A DNA stretch of 64,000 nucleotides. Source: Selaginella moellendorffii (Eukaryota > Plantae > Lycopodiophyta). Position 1 is the first letter of the stretch; the number at the start of each line of letters is the position of its first letter. This document shows positions 24,423 through 35,210 of this stretch, in pieces. A program made the position numbers and the translations under genes. The notes under the pieces are model-generated. The model saw only the letters and a program-made list of their open reading frames with translations, had not been told where the DNA came from and made no database searches. The DNA lies in NCBI RefSeq assembly GCF_000143415.4, contig NW_003314299.1:976063-1040062 (forward strand), given 5' to 3'.

Positions 24423-27400
24423 ATGGTAAGTCTTTTAGACGAAGTAGAAAATGGCATGAGGCCACATGCCATTCAGTAGCAACATTGGCATGCACCGATT
24501 GGGCTCTCGAGTGCAGTCCGGTTACAGATGGCGTGTAGCCTCACGCCATCTTAGGATGCAGCCTCAAGACATCTGATGCAGTGGTGAATGGCGTGTGGCC
24601 TCACGTTATTTCCAGCTGCTAGCTTTTCATCTGTCAGCTCTAATTGTTGTGCATTTCTGAACAGGCGAGGAATTGCGTTCTTCTTCCAGCCACTGTCAAT
24701 GTGGATGCAGAGAAGGGGGAGGAGCTCACCAGTTGGACTTTCGGGATGGAAGGCGAGGATCTGATGCTGTACAACATAGATGGTGGGAGAAAAGAATGCA
24801 TGGGGATCCTCATCCAAGTGACAGACACTCCATGCAGTTCCATGCAAGAATATGGACTGGCACTTGTGGTAGAGACAGCGTCCGCCTTCAAGATCCACCT
24901 TGCACATCCTAGCGGCTTCCCGGAGGGGGGCAGCGGCTATGAGGAATTCCTAGAGGGAGCTAGGGAGAGGTTGTCCAGGAGGCCCACAATTTCAAAGACG
25001 CTGCGGGTCTATGGAATCCACGGACCTCACCTACGGCGATGTTCAAAAACTATATTCCAACATTGAGCCGTTGAGAGTGCCTCCAATTTGCGAAGCGAAG
25101 GGGAAGGGGGTCGATTTGGAAACTACCCCGAAGCAGAAAAGGGTGGTCAAGCTCAAGCCGACGTCCGACTCTGCTGCTCCAAAACAGAAGCTACTCGGTG
25201 ATGCCATTGCCTCGGGTTCGAACACTACACCCACCAAAAAGAAGAGCCGCAAAGAGCAGAAAGAGCAAGAAGAGGCAGCAAAAATCGTCGCAGATAATAG
25301 TACTTGTTACTATTCCAACAAAGTATATACAATCGACGTGAGCCGTATCGAGATCCAAAGCAAATACAACCACAGGCTAGTATCTGATGAGTGGGTGGAG
25401 AAACTGAAGCAGAAGATGCTGGCAAGTCCAGTAACACCCGACATCGCAGACGTGATCCCCTACTACCGAACAATGAAGGGCGAGACGAGGTTTCCAGACT
25501 TGATCAATAGGAAGGTGTTGGACGATCAGAACATCCGGTTCTATGCCGTCTCTGGGCAGCATTCTAGCTTGGCGATGCAACAGATAGTTGTGGATATTAT
25601 GGTGGGCGAGGAGGTGAAGAAAGTCTTCAAGACAAGAGTTGTCCGCCTGATAAAAGGCAACTCGCCCCTCCGATCTATCATATACATCTCCCACACGCAG
25701 AATGTCAAGCAAGAAACGTGCTACAAATCGGGTTTGCACGAGACATTGGCACGAACACGGAAGCTCTGGGTTCAACTAAAGAAGCCACAAAAACCAGGAC
25801 AAGGACGTGCACTAGCAACTAGCGCCTGGCAGGTAAGCCTCGTTGCATGTGGCATAGCATGTGGCCTCACGCCATTTCCATTGCAGGAATTCTCGAGTCT
25901 TCTCTCGAAAACACTAGGGGTCAATGACACACTCAGCATCCATAACATTCTACTCGCGACAAAAGTTGTTTTTGACAAATGGGTAGATGTGCTAAGGAGG
26001 TACCATGACGGGGAGTTGCTAAACTCAATGGGTGTGGAGGACGGCCGGAAGCCCAATGATTTGAAGCTCAACGCCTTGCGTTTCTCGCGGTCTCTAGACG
26101 ACGACGACCTTCTGACAGTGGCTAATGCTCTTCTACGTGGTGAGGTAGTCTTCAACAAGACCAAAATGACTCCCGGCCATATTGTGACATACGAGGACTT
26201 GTGCACGACTCTGAGAGCTCGTGCGCTATTGAAGGATTGGATCTTCGAGCAAGTGGCCGTGGCGAGGGTGAGCATCGACACCACGCAAGAGATGATGGAA
26301 GAGCTGGACTTGTCAAATGAAGACATCGACGAGTACGTGAAGGGGGCCCCCAAGTTCATCGATCTGCTGCGGGATGCCACGAAAAGTAAAGCTGAGAAGT
26401 TGGATCAGTATCCAAATTTCATTAAGAGGGATGTCGACCGCCGGCTTCAGAAACAGCTCGACCCTGCAGCAGAGGCCTATCGAGAACCTTACCGGGTATA
26501 CGTGAATTCGAATGAGGATTAAAGGTGGAGGAGCATCGTTTGCTCATGCCATTCATTGCAGATCAAGGGCTGAGTGAAAGGAGCCAATCACCACCTTCTG
26601 ACTCAGATTCCTATGGCGGACTCCCCTTCCCCAATCTCAATGGAGAGGTACAATGGATGAGGGATGCTTTTCAAGTCAGGGCCACGTTTTTCTCATCTCG
26701 TCGTCTTCGAAGGGTGCAAGAACGTGCAGAAACCATGTTAAGACAGTCGGGTGAGGATACGGTCCTAGGTCACGCACTAAAACAGGCTATGGATGTCTTG
26801 TATTTTGAGATGGAGACTCGGCCAGATGATTTTTCCAAGATGGTCCTGGAAAAACAAGCAATCCAGCCTGAGCAGCCTATGGAAGAAATGCAAGAGGGGG
26901 ATGAGGAGCCAGAGAAAGATAATGAGCAGGAAGAGCAGAAGGACGAAGAGGAGGACGAAGAAGAGGAGGACGAAGAAGAGGAGGATGAAGAAGAGGAGGA
27001 CGAAGAGGACTTGGATGGTCCTCACAATGGTGACGATCACAATAACGACGATGACGATGATGACGACGATGGCCAGCCTGAGGTGGCCAAAGAGCAGCGG
27101 AGGAAGGTCATACAAGACAAACCATCAGGTAAATAATAGTACATCCATTCCTAACCTTTTACCATTTCTAACATTGTCCATGTAGGTCGCAGAAGAAATG
27201 GTAAGTAGAGATTATTCAGTTGAATTAAGATACAAACTCTAGCCTTTAGTGTCGAGGAAGGATAGTGCCAAGCAAGGGTCGAAACGTATGTCCAATCCTT
27301 CAGAATCAGCAGTGCGCCCAAGTGATATCGGTCCTAGTTCCTCAATAGTAGTTGATGGTAAATACAGTATAGTCGATTCAATGTGCTAATGAGTTTGTTT

Positions 27401-28890
27401 TTAGTAGCACGGGAGGATACCATCTCAATCGAAGGGAGATATTTGGACATGCATATGGATCCGCCAGTGGACTCTACTTGCCTGCAAGAGTCATCAGAGC
27501 TGGTGGAGGCTACTATCCATATCAACGCCAAGCAAGCTGACCACGCTCCACTTGATGCTGCCCATACCACTGAGTCAATCTTGTCCACGTATCCAACTGA
27601 CGGTGACCAGGCGCCATTGGACCCGCATGAGGCCGCCCCAGCCGCCGAGCCGGTCGTATCCTCATTTCTAACGTGTGCCCAATCGTCTGACTACGCGCCG
27701 TTGGAACCTCCCTACACCGCCCCTGCTGCCTGTTCGGTCATGTCCACTTTGCCAACGGAGGCACCAGCTGAAATGGCGTGTGATCACACGCCATCGGAAC
27801 CACCCCATGCCACTGTTGAGCCAGTTGTACCAGAGTCTACAGCTGAAATGGCATGTGCCCACACGCCATCGGATGCGATTGACCCCACATTGCAGAGGAG
27901 AGTATTTCCGCCCTTCACGTTTCCTCGACCAAAACCCTCTCAACGACCATCGGGAGCACCATTCGCTAATATTGTAGATGGTAAAATTGACTTGTACCAT
28001 TTTTTATGCTGACGCATTTCATTTCAGAGTCACGGCGAAAGTACTGTATCGTTTTTGATCTGAACGGTGTCCTTTTCTCCCATGAGCGTGGCTCGTCCTC
28101 GAATGTCACTGCACCCTCCAAAGCCTGCTGTCGCAAGTTGGTCAAAAGAGACAGATTCACATTAATCACACGGGAGAAACTGCGGGATCTAATAATGACC
28201 ATGCGACACTTAAAACAGAGGGCCGGGTTCAATTTGCAATTGGGAGTTTGGACATCTATGATGCGCCACAATGCATTAACGTTGCTACAGATGATGCACG
28301 ATCAGACGCGAGTAATATTACCATTTGACTTTCTCCTAACGCAGGAGGATTGCTTGACTATGGTCCATGTGAGGGGTAGCAAGCCCATCTTCGTCAAGGC
28401 AGAGGCTGTAGTGATGAACCGGACTGCTAGGTCAAGTGAAATCCTCATCATCGATGACTCGCCGATTAAAACTGCAGCGAACACGCACACATATGCAGTG
28501 CACCCCATCTCTTGCAGTATGGAAACTAGGGAGAAGAAACCGTATGTTCTGGGGGACCTTGCAAAACGGCTTGAAGCGATGGTGATAGAGAACCGGCCAG
28601 TCCAGGAGGTGGCTGCAGAAATCAACCAAATGGCAGATGGAACGGTATATCAGAAGCCATTTGATCGGACAGACACCAGTCATCATTTATGGCATGTATA
28701 TTGTCTAGCCAAGCACTATCCGCATCTCCATAATCTGCTCAACCGGATGGGTTCTTCGACCACTGAACATGAGCGTGGACGTATTAGAGAAGAGATGGCA
28801 TTACTATTGGGTTTAAATCCTGATAGTGTGGAGAGTGATGAAATTCCAAGATTATTGTATAGGCGTTGGAGGCAAAAAATAACAGTCTGA
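24423..28890 (+). pseudogene. transposon cargo gene: ParB/Srx-like domain + acidic tract + FCP1/NIF-type HAD phosphatase (~1280 aa spliced; one frameshift and one stop in this copy)
   Basis: The model uses GT-AG introns 24426-24664, 25833-25886, 26496-26561, 26648-26712, 27129-27185, 27201-27249, 27358-27404 and 27981-28027, all phase-compatible. It has a +1 frameshift between 24954 and 25063 and a TGA at 26571-26573. ParB-like motif: YNHRLVSDEWVEKLKQKM..FYAVSGQHSSLA. HAD motifs: VFDLNGVL, VWTSMM..N, IIDDSPIK. Confidence 0.7.
28028..28890 (+). CDS. last exon: FCP1-homology (NIF) HAD phosphatase domain
   Basis: KYCIVFDLNGVLF (motif I, DLNG variant), LGVWTSMMRHNA (motif II), PIFVK, ILIIDDSPIKTAAN (motif IV). 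Confidence 0.8.
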
Positions 28891-29308
28891 GATGGCATGT
28901 ATTTATTTAAAAATGTAACTTATTATGGCATGGGGTTCCATGCCATTGTATTAATATTAAAAGACAATTCTTTGAGAGGATTTGCATTATACTAGAAGTG
29001 TTACAGCATGTTATTGGAAGTCTACGAAGTTGTTTTATTAATAAGGGGAAAGTAAAGATTGAATGGGGACTTGGGCTCCACCTAGACTCGGAGCAACTGA
29101 GCCAATATTAAAAGGATGGAAAGAAATTGGACGACGATGACAAGGAGAAGAGAAAGGTGAAGCAGTGGCAGGGGGAGGAGAAGTGATTGAGTAGACATTT
29201 CCTTGTTTAAAATAAAATGGCATGTGCCTCAATGCAGTTGAATTTTGTTATATTTATATACTATATAAAGGTTTGGAAACCTTATTTTACAAGTGGGATA
29301 ATGACAAT

Positions 29309-29332
29309 TCCCACTTTAACAAAATAGAGCTT
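29309..29332 (-). repeat. right terminal inverted repeat
   Basis: TCCCACTTTAACAAAATAGAGCTT. Confidence 0.9.
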
Positions 29333-30025
29333 ACTTCGAAGGGTTTATCAAAATCTGGGATCCTGAGAATAAGAACTGTAGTCAAGATCTCCTTCAACCG
29401 TACAAAAGCACTCTGACAAGCCGATGTCCAATGAAATGGAATACTACTATTTGTCAACTCAGTCAATGGAAGAGCAATTCTTGCAAAATTGCACACAAAC
29501 TTGCTATAGTATCCCGCCAAACCAAGAAAGGAATGAACATTTGATACAGTGGTCGGGACTTCCCAGGACTTCATTGCTTCCACTTTTTTTGGATCGACCT
29601 CAATTATGCCACCACTGACTATATGTCTGAGAAAGTTTACGTGCAATTGTCCAAAAGCGCATTTACTTTCCTTAACATACAATTGGTGTTCACGCAATTT
29701 CTAAAACACCAACTCCAAGTGTTTCAAATGATCCTCCAATGTTTCACTAAAGACTAGAACATTGTCGATATATAGGACAACAAATGTGTCTAAATAATCT
29801 CCGAATATTCTATCCATCATAGTGTTGAACGTTGCTAGAGCATTGCATAACCCAAACGGCATAACAAGGAACTCATAAGATCTGTACAGAGTCTTAAAGG
29901 TTATCTTCTCCACATCCTAATTCACCACCCGTATCTGATGATACCCAAACCGCAAATCAAGTCGCATAAAATACTTAGCCTTTAAGAGTTGGTCAAACAA
30001 GTCATCAATGTGAGGTAAAGGATAA
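29333..30025 (-). pseudogene. gypsy reverse transcriptase / RNase H start
   Basis: DLRFGYHQIRV, MPFGLCNALATF, YIDNVLVFS, FLGLAGYY, LRIPDFDKPFEV; several stops. Confidence 0.9.
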
Positions 30026-30179
30026 TTGTTTTTGACTGTGATTTTGTTGAATGCCTGGCAGTTTTAGAACTTCATCGTCCTCAGAACTTGAAAAGGAGTC
30101 CAATTGCTTAGGCTTTGCTAGTTTAGCTGCCTCAGCTTCTTTCTTCCTCTTCTTGTTCTCTTTCTTCAATTTGCAAATC

Positions 30180-31058
30180 TGTTGCAAATGTGACTTCGGG
30201 TATCAAAAGATACTTGTCAGCTAATCCTTATAGACACTCTTTCCTTACTGCCATAACGGCAGGAGATCGGTACAGTTGAATCCCTTTGGTAACCCCTCTT
30301 GTGCTAGTGGAGTTAACTGGGCATTTCGAATATACTTAGACCGGACGAGCATAAGGACAAAATTCCTACGTGCTATTAGCTAAGTATACTTAGCTCAGTT
30401 CTGGTTATGTCCTGTACTGGCTAGTGACAAGAACCCTCACGTATTGAGATTAGTCCCTCAATATTGCTGGATGATAGCTTATTGTGTCTGCCAAACACCT
30501 TTGCTATCATGCCCTTTGTGTTAGTCTCATTTCAGTCCCAAATGCTAATTATGGGAAGTGGCTCTGACATATCTAAGAAATGTAGAGATTGACTTGAACA
30601 AATGTGTCTAAATTTGCAATTTAGTGCCATTCCATATTTAGTAAGTTTCAAGCTTGTCCCAGAGACTAACTCTTAATACTAAAGGAGGCTTGGGGTGAAA
30701 GCCCAAAGCATGTGTTCCTCAAGGGGGGCGGGTTATGGGGGGTTTCAAATGTATAATAGGGATAGTGGTTAGAATGTATGTCCAACCATCTGAAACATTA
30801 ATTTGGCTTTCACTGGGCTATGTCGCTCCTTGTTCTGTGTCCGGCTTGGGTTTAAGCCCAAGCTCCACACTACTTTAGTTGGTGGGGTACCCTCCTCACA
30901 TTAGGCCACCAATATGTCAAAATTGTGCCAGACTCTGTTTAACACCATTTTGCATGTAGATGCTGAATATGGGGAGCTGGTGCTTGTGGGATTGTACCGG
31001 ACCCTCGTTTCGTAGCGCAACAAGCTTGGAGTCCGACTCCAAATTCAAGTGCACTACA
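30180..31058 (+). mobile_element. solo LTR of the chromovirus family
   Basis: TGTTGCAAATGTGAC..CACTACA, flanked by AAATC/GAATC (TSD with one mismatch). Confidence 0.8.
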
Positions 31059-32028
31059 GAATCTCTCCATAAATTCTTGATCGCGACTTCCTAAGTTGTA
31101 CGCTGTTATGCCGTAGCATCTAGCTCTTCCTCTTCCAACTCAACCTCAACCTCTTCCGCAACATCTTTAGCAGGAGTTTCCTCCTTTTGATTCGCCCGTC
31201 TAGAGGTTTCAGCATCATCAGCACAGTTCATTTTCACCATCCCGTTAGCTGCATGCATGCTTCTATCAATAACTGAACATGCATACAACGTTCTTACCAA
31301 GTGGTGCAATGCAACTAATCCTACACATGTCACTTCAGATCTACTAGAAAAGTTTCTACGTATGCAACTTGAGTCAAAAAATCCAACAAAAGTTGGATAG
31401 GAATTGTTAAGACGAGGGTCCAGTACAATCCCATGAGCACCAGCTCCCTGTATCCAGCACCTGCACACAAAATGGTGTCAGACAAAGTCTGGCACAATTT
31501 TGGCATACCGGTGGCCTAACTCGAGGAAGAGGGTACCCCACTGACAAGAGTAGCGTGGAGCTTGGGCTTAGACCCAATCCGAACGCAGAACAAGGAGTGA
31601 CACAGCTTAGTGGGAGCCAAACTAATATCTCAGATAGTCAGACATGCATTCTAACTACTATCCCTACTATACATTTGAAACCCCCTATAACCTGCCCCCC
31701 TTGAGGAACACACACTTTGGGCTTTCATCCCAAGCCTCCCTTAGTACCAAGAGTTAGTCTTTGGGACAAGTTTAAAACTTACTAAATATGGAATGTCCTT
31801 AAATTGCGAATTTAGACATTAGACGAACACCATTATGTTCAAGCCAATCTTTACTGAGAAATTAACCTAGAGTGAATGTAATTCTAGCATTTAAATGCCT
31901 TTCACTACCATTTTTTCATCTTTGCCATCTAGTTTTAGTATAGGATTTTCCTTTTGCGCTAGTAGTGAATTTGTATTAGCCTGGAAAGGTGTGAGACTTT
32001 TTGTGTTAGAATCACCATCCTCTAAATC

Positions 32029-33002
32029 TGTAGCACACTTGATTTTAGAGCCAAACTCCAAGCCTGTTGCACTACGAAACGAGGGTCCAGTACAATCCCA
32101 CGAGCACTAGCTCCCTATATCCAACACTTATATACAAAATGGTGTTAGACGGAGTCTAGCACAATTTTGGCATACTGGTGGTTTAATGTGAGGATGAGGG
32201 TACCCCACCGATTAGAGTAGCGTGGAGCTTGAGCTTACACTCAAGCTAAATGCAGAACAAGGAGTGACACAGCCCAATGGGAGCCAAATTAATATCTCAG
32301 GTGGTCAGACATGCATTCCAACCACTATCCCTATTATACACTTATAACCCTTTATAGCCCCCTTTCCCCCCCCCCCCCCCTGCCCCTTTAAGGAACATAT
32401 ACTTTGGGCTTTCCCCCACCCCCCATGAGGAACACACACTTTGGGTTTTCACCCCAAACCTCCTTTAGTACTAGGAGTTAGTCTTTGGGACAAGCTTGAA
32501 ACTTACTAACTATGGAATATCCTTAAATTGTGAATTTGGACACGGGACAAACACCATTGTGTTCAAGCCAATCTCTACATTCCGTAGATATGCCAAATAA
32601 GTGAATCTAGATATTTTCCATAAATAGAATTTGAGACCAAAATGAGATTAATACAAAGGGCATGATAGCGAGGGTGTTTGGCAGACACGATAAGTTATCA
32701 TTTAATAAATATTGAGGAATCAATCTCAATATCGTGGGGGTTCTTGATACTAGCAAGTGCAAGCTAATGACACGAGTTTCTCAAACTAGGCCGAGTATGC
32801 TTAGTAAAAAACACATAAAGTTCCTACCTTATATTTATCCAATTTAAGTGCAAGGTCATTGATTAGTTTTTCAACTAGCTCAAGTGGGAACGATAAAGGG
32901 AACCAATTGTACCGACTTCTTGCCGTTATGGTAGTAAGGAAAGAGTGTTCGTAAGGACTGGCAAACAAGTATCTTTCGATACCCGAAGTCACATTCACAA
33001 CA
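32029..33002 (-). mobile_element. solo LTR of the chromovirus family
   Basis: TGTAGCACAC..GTCACATTCACAACA on the plus strand, with a perfect AAATC TSD (32024-32028, 33003-33007). Confidence 0.85.
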
Positions 33003-34536
33003 AAATCGACTTATGGTTGCAAATCTTGAAGTTGAATGATTTTTGCACTAATCTTTTTCTTTTAATGCCATTAAGAGTTAGGGATAATTTTTACCCTTCA
33101 TCTTGGCTTTCAAATTTAACTCTTATTTGTTAGCCTCTAGTTATGACACAAACACTAGGTAACTTTTCTATATTTGACTATTCTACTTTAAAATACCTAA
33201 TTATAGATTGTGTATCCTTAGAGGGCCTATTATTTTTGCTTGATGATTCAACTTGATTATATAACCTAGGATAGCAAGTAATAATCTTAGCTTAATTATA
33301 CTCTTTTAGTCTTTTATATTCTCTAGGCCTATTATAGCCTTTTGGCTGATTGTATTCTCTAGGTCAATTATAGTCTCTAGGCCTATTTTCCTCATAGTTA
33401 GGTTGATAATTTTGAAAATTACCTTTAGGTAGATAATCTTGATGGTCATCTTGCATTTCAACATGTGGGTATTCATGTTTGGCACTTTGATTATCATTGT
33501 AATCGTTCTTTCTATGATAACTTCTATCATCAAATGGATAGTTTTGTTATTTTATTAACTCAAGTTGTGTATTAGTCTCCTGATTATTTAAACAAGGTTC
33601 TACATTCCTTAGTTATATGCCCCTCTTTTTTATAAATTTGGCACTTGATCAACTAGAGTTTGCATTTTTTCTTGCTATGGCCTTCATTTTTGCATTTGGT
33701 ACACCAAATCCTTTATTTGATATTAGTTTGCAATTTAAGGCCTTTATATACGACTAATTTCCTTGTCTATAAGGGGTTATTTTTTCATCTAACTTCACCA
33801 TATTTACCATGTCATATTATTTTATAAGATCTTGATAGGCAATTATAGTTTTTTTCAAGTTATCAAAATCTATATAAGCTCTCTTTTTTGCATGTTCACA
33901 ATAAATTTTCTTGAGGCCTTGTATATATAAGTGTAGATGCATTTTGTCTTACACTAAGTTTTTATAATATTTATAATGCTTGTTGAATCAAGTTGTATAT
34001 TTCTCGATTGTTTTAAATTTTCCTTAATGAAGTTTCTGGAACTCATCATAGTTTTCTCTTGAGTTTGTTTCTATAGAGAAAGCTTTAAGGAAAAACTTTA
34101 TTTGCTCATCAAATGTGCCAAACTTTTTTACATCATTATCATAGTACCAGTCTTTGCCTTTATTTTTGAGTATATAGGAGAAAAGACTCTTTTCTTGCCT
34201 ATCTACTTGATTGAGCTTGATTAATTTTGTGTATTACTCAATATGTAGTTGTGGGTTTTCTTCTTTAATTCCAGAAAATGATGGATATATGATGACAATG
34301 CTTATTGATGTTTCTGCAATTGCTATCATGCTCATTGCAATTTGATAGGAAATGCTCTATTTTGCAACTAGTATAAGCAAAACAATTGTTTGGTTCGTAA
34401 AGTACAGTAAAGGGTAAGGGTTATAAATTTAGCTCTTTTTCCTTTTTTGGGGAATGATTTTAGTTGTTTTGTATTCCATTATTCTTAGCTAAAATAGAAG
34501 AATTTTCTATATGCCAATGCTGCCAAAGAGGAGTAG

Positions 34537-35210
34537 TGTAGCGCACCTTATCTCTCTCCCCTTAACCCAACTGGAAAAGGGGCAATTGCTTGATGAGAGA
34601 GCCCTTAGTGGCTATTTTATCCCCATTTATCCCCCAAGGTTCTAAGGATCCACGGTGACAGTATATCCAAATCTCATCCCATGATCACATGCGCTACACT
34701 CACCCCCCTTTCAGAGATGTCAATGTCCTCATTGACTATTGACTAACAACCCCTACTAAGCCAAGGGGAACCAGCACCTCCATTTCCGCACTCAATCTAC
34801 CAATCCTTCCATTGTGTAGACTAGCTATTCCATGTGAGGCAACTAGTCATCCACTCGTACCGCAGTCCCACGGTGGATACCTTCGTCCGTGGATACTCCA
34901 CACAAGAGGAAGGACGTACGCATGGATGCCCAATACGTACGATTTCAAATTTAGGGGTAGGATTATACCTTGCTCAAGGGTATATTATACTTTTAAGTAG
35001 TCACTAATCAATGGGAATCGAACCTGTGCCATTTACTCCAATACCAACTGTAGCGCACTTTATCTCTCTCCCCTTAACCCAACTGGAAAAGGGGCAATTG
35101 TTTGATGAGAGAGCCCTTAGTGGCTATTTTATCCCCATTTATCCCCCAAGATTCCAAGGATCCACGGTGACAATATATCCAAATCTCATCCCATGATCAC
35201 ATGCGCTACA
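34537..35210 (-). mobile_element. complete TRIM (miniature non-autonomous LTR element), 674 bp
   Basis: Near-identical 162-bp LTRs (34537-34698, 35049-35210) with TGTAGCGCA..TGCGCTACA ends. TSD AGTAG. PBS-like TGGTATTGGAG and PPT AAAGGGGGGTGAG on the minus strand. No coding capacity. Confidence 0.92.

Larger units (their letters stand above)
16735..29332. mobile_element. 12,598-bp TIR DNA transposon (Sola-like/DUF7869-type transposase) with a cargo gene
   Basis: The left end ATGCTCTATTTCGTTAAAGTGGGA matches the reverse complement of the right end AAGCTCTATTTTGTTAAAGTGGGA at 22/24 positions. TSD ACTTC is at 16730-16734 and 29333-29337. Removing the element restores the host reading frame DKPFEVHCDA. 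Confidence 0.93.
13448..31850 (-). mobile_element. chromovirus (Ty3/gypsy) inserted in the Athila-like element; 5' part deleted or rearranged
   Basis: The 3' LTR is 13448-14225 (minus TGTCGCGA..GCTACA), preceded by PPT AAGGGGGAGAGAG. Chromodomain YEVEAIL..YLIKWKGY..STWEP at ~14860-15020; integrase 15361-16146; RNase H 16450-16734; RT 29333-30025 (YPLPHIDDLFDQL, VVLYIDNVLVFS). A truncated same-orientation LTR lies at ~31405-31850. Confidence 0.85.

Noticed and set aside
26496-26524. Single 29-nt intron joining the ParB ORF to the acidic ORF without a stop
   Set aside because: In frame but too short for a plant intron; the two-intron model was preferred, though it needs one repaired stop.
16961-29240. 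Palindromic repeats as a CRISPR array
   Set aside because: Spacing is irregular (tens of bp to kb), copies sit inside introns and exons, there are no cas genes, and the context is eukaryotic.
16735-29332. Classification as CACTA, Transib, Mutator or Helitron
   Set aside because: No CACTA/CAC termini; the TSD is 5 bp; the TIRs are short; no Rep/helicase motifs. Only the N-terminal accessory repeat looks CACTA-like.
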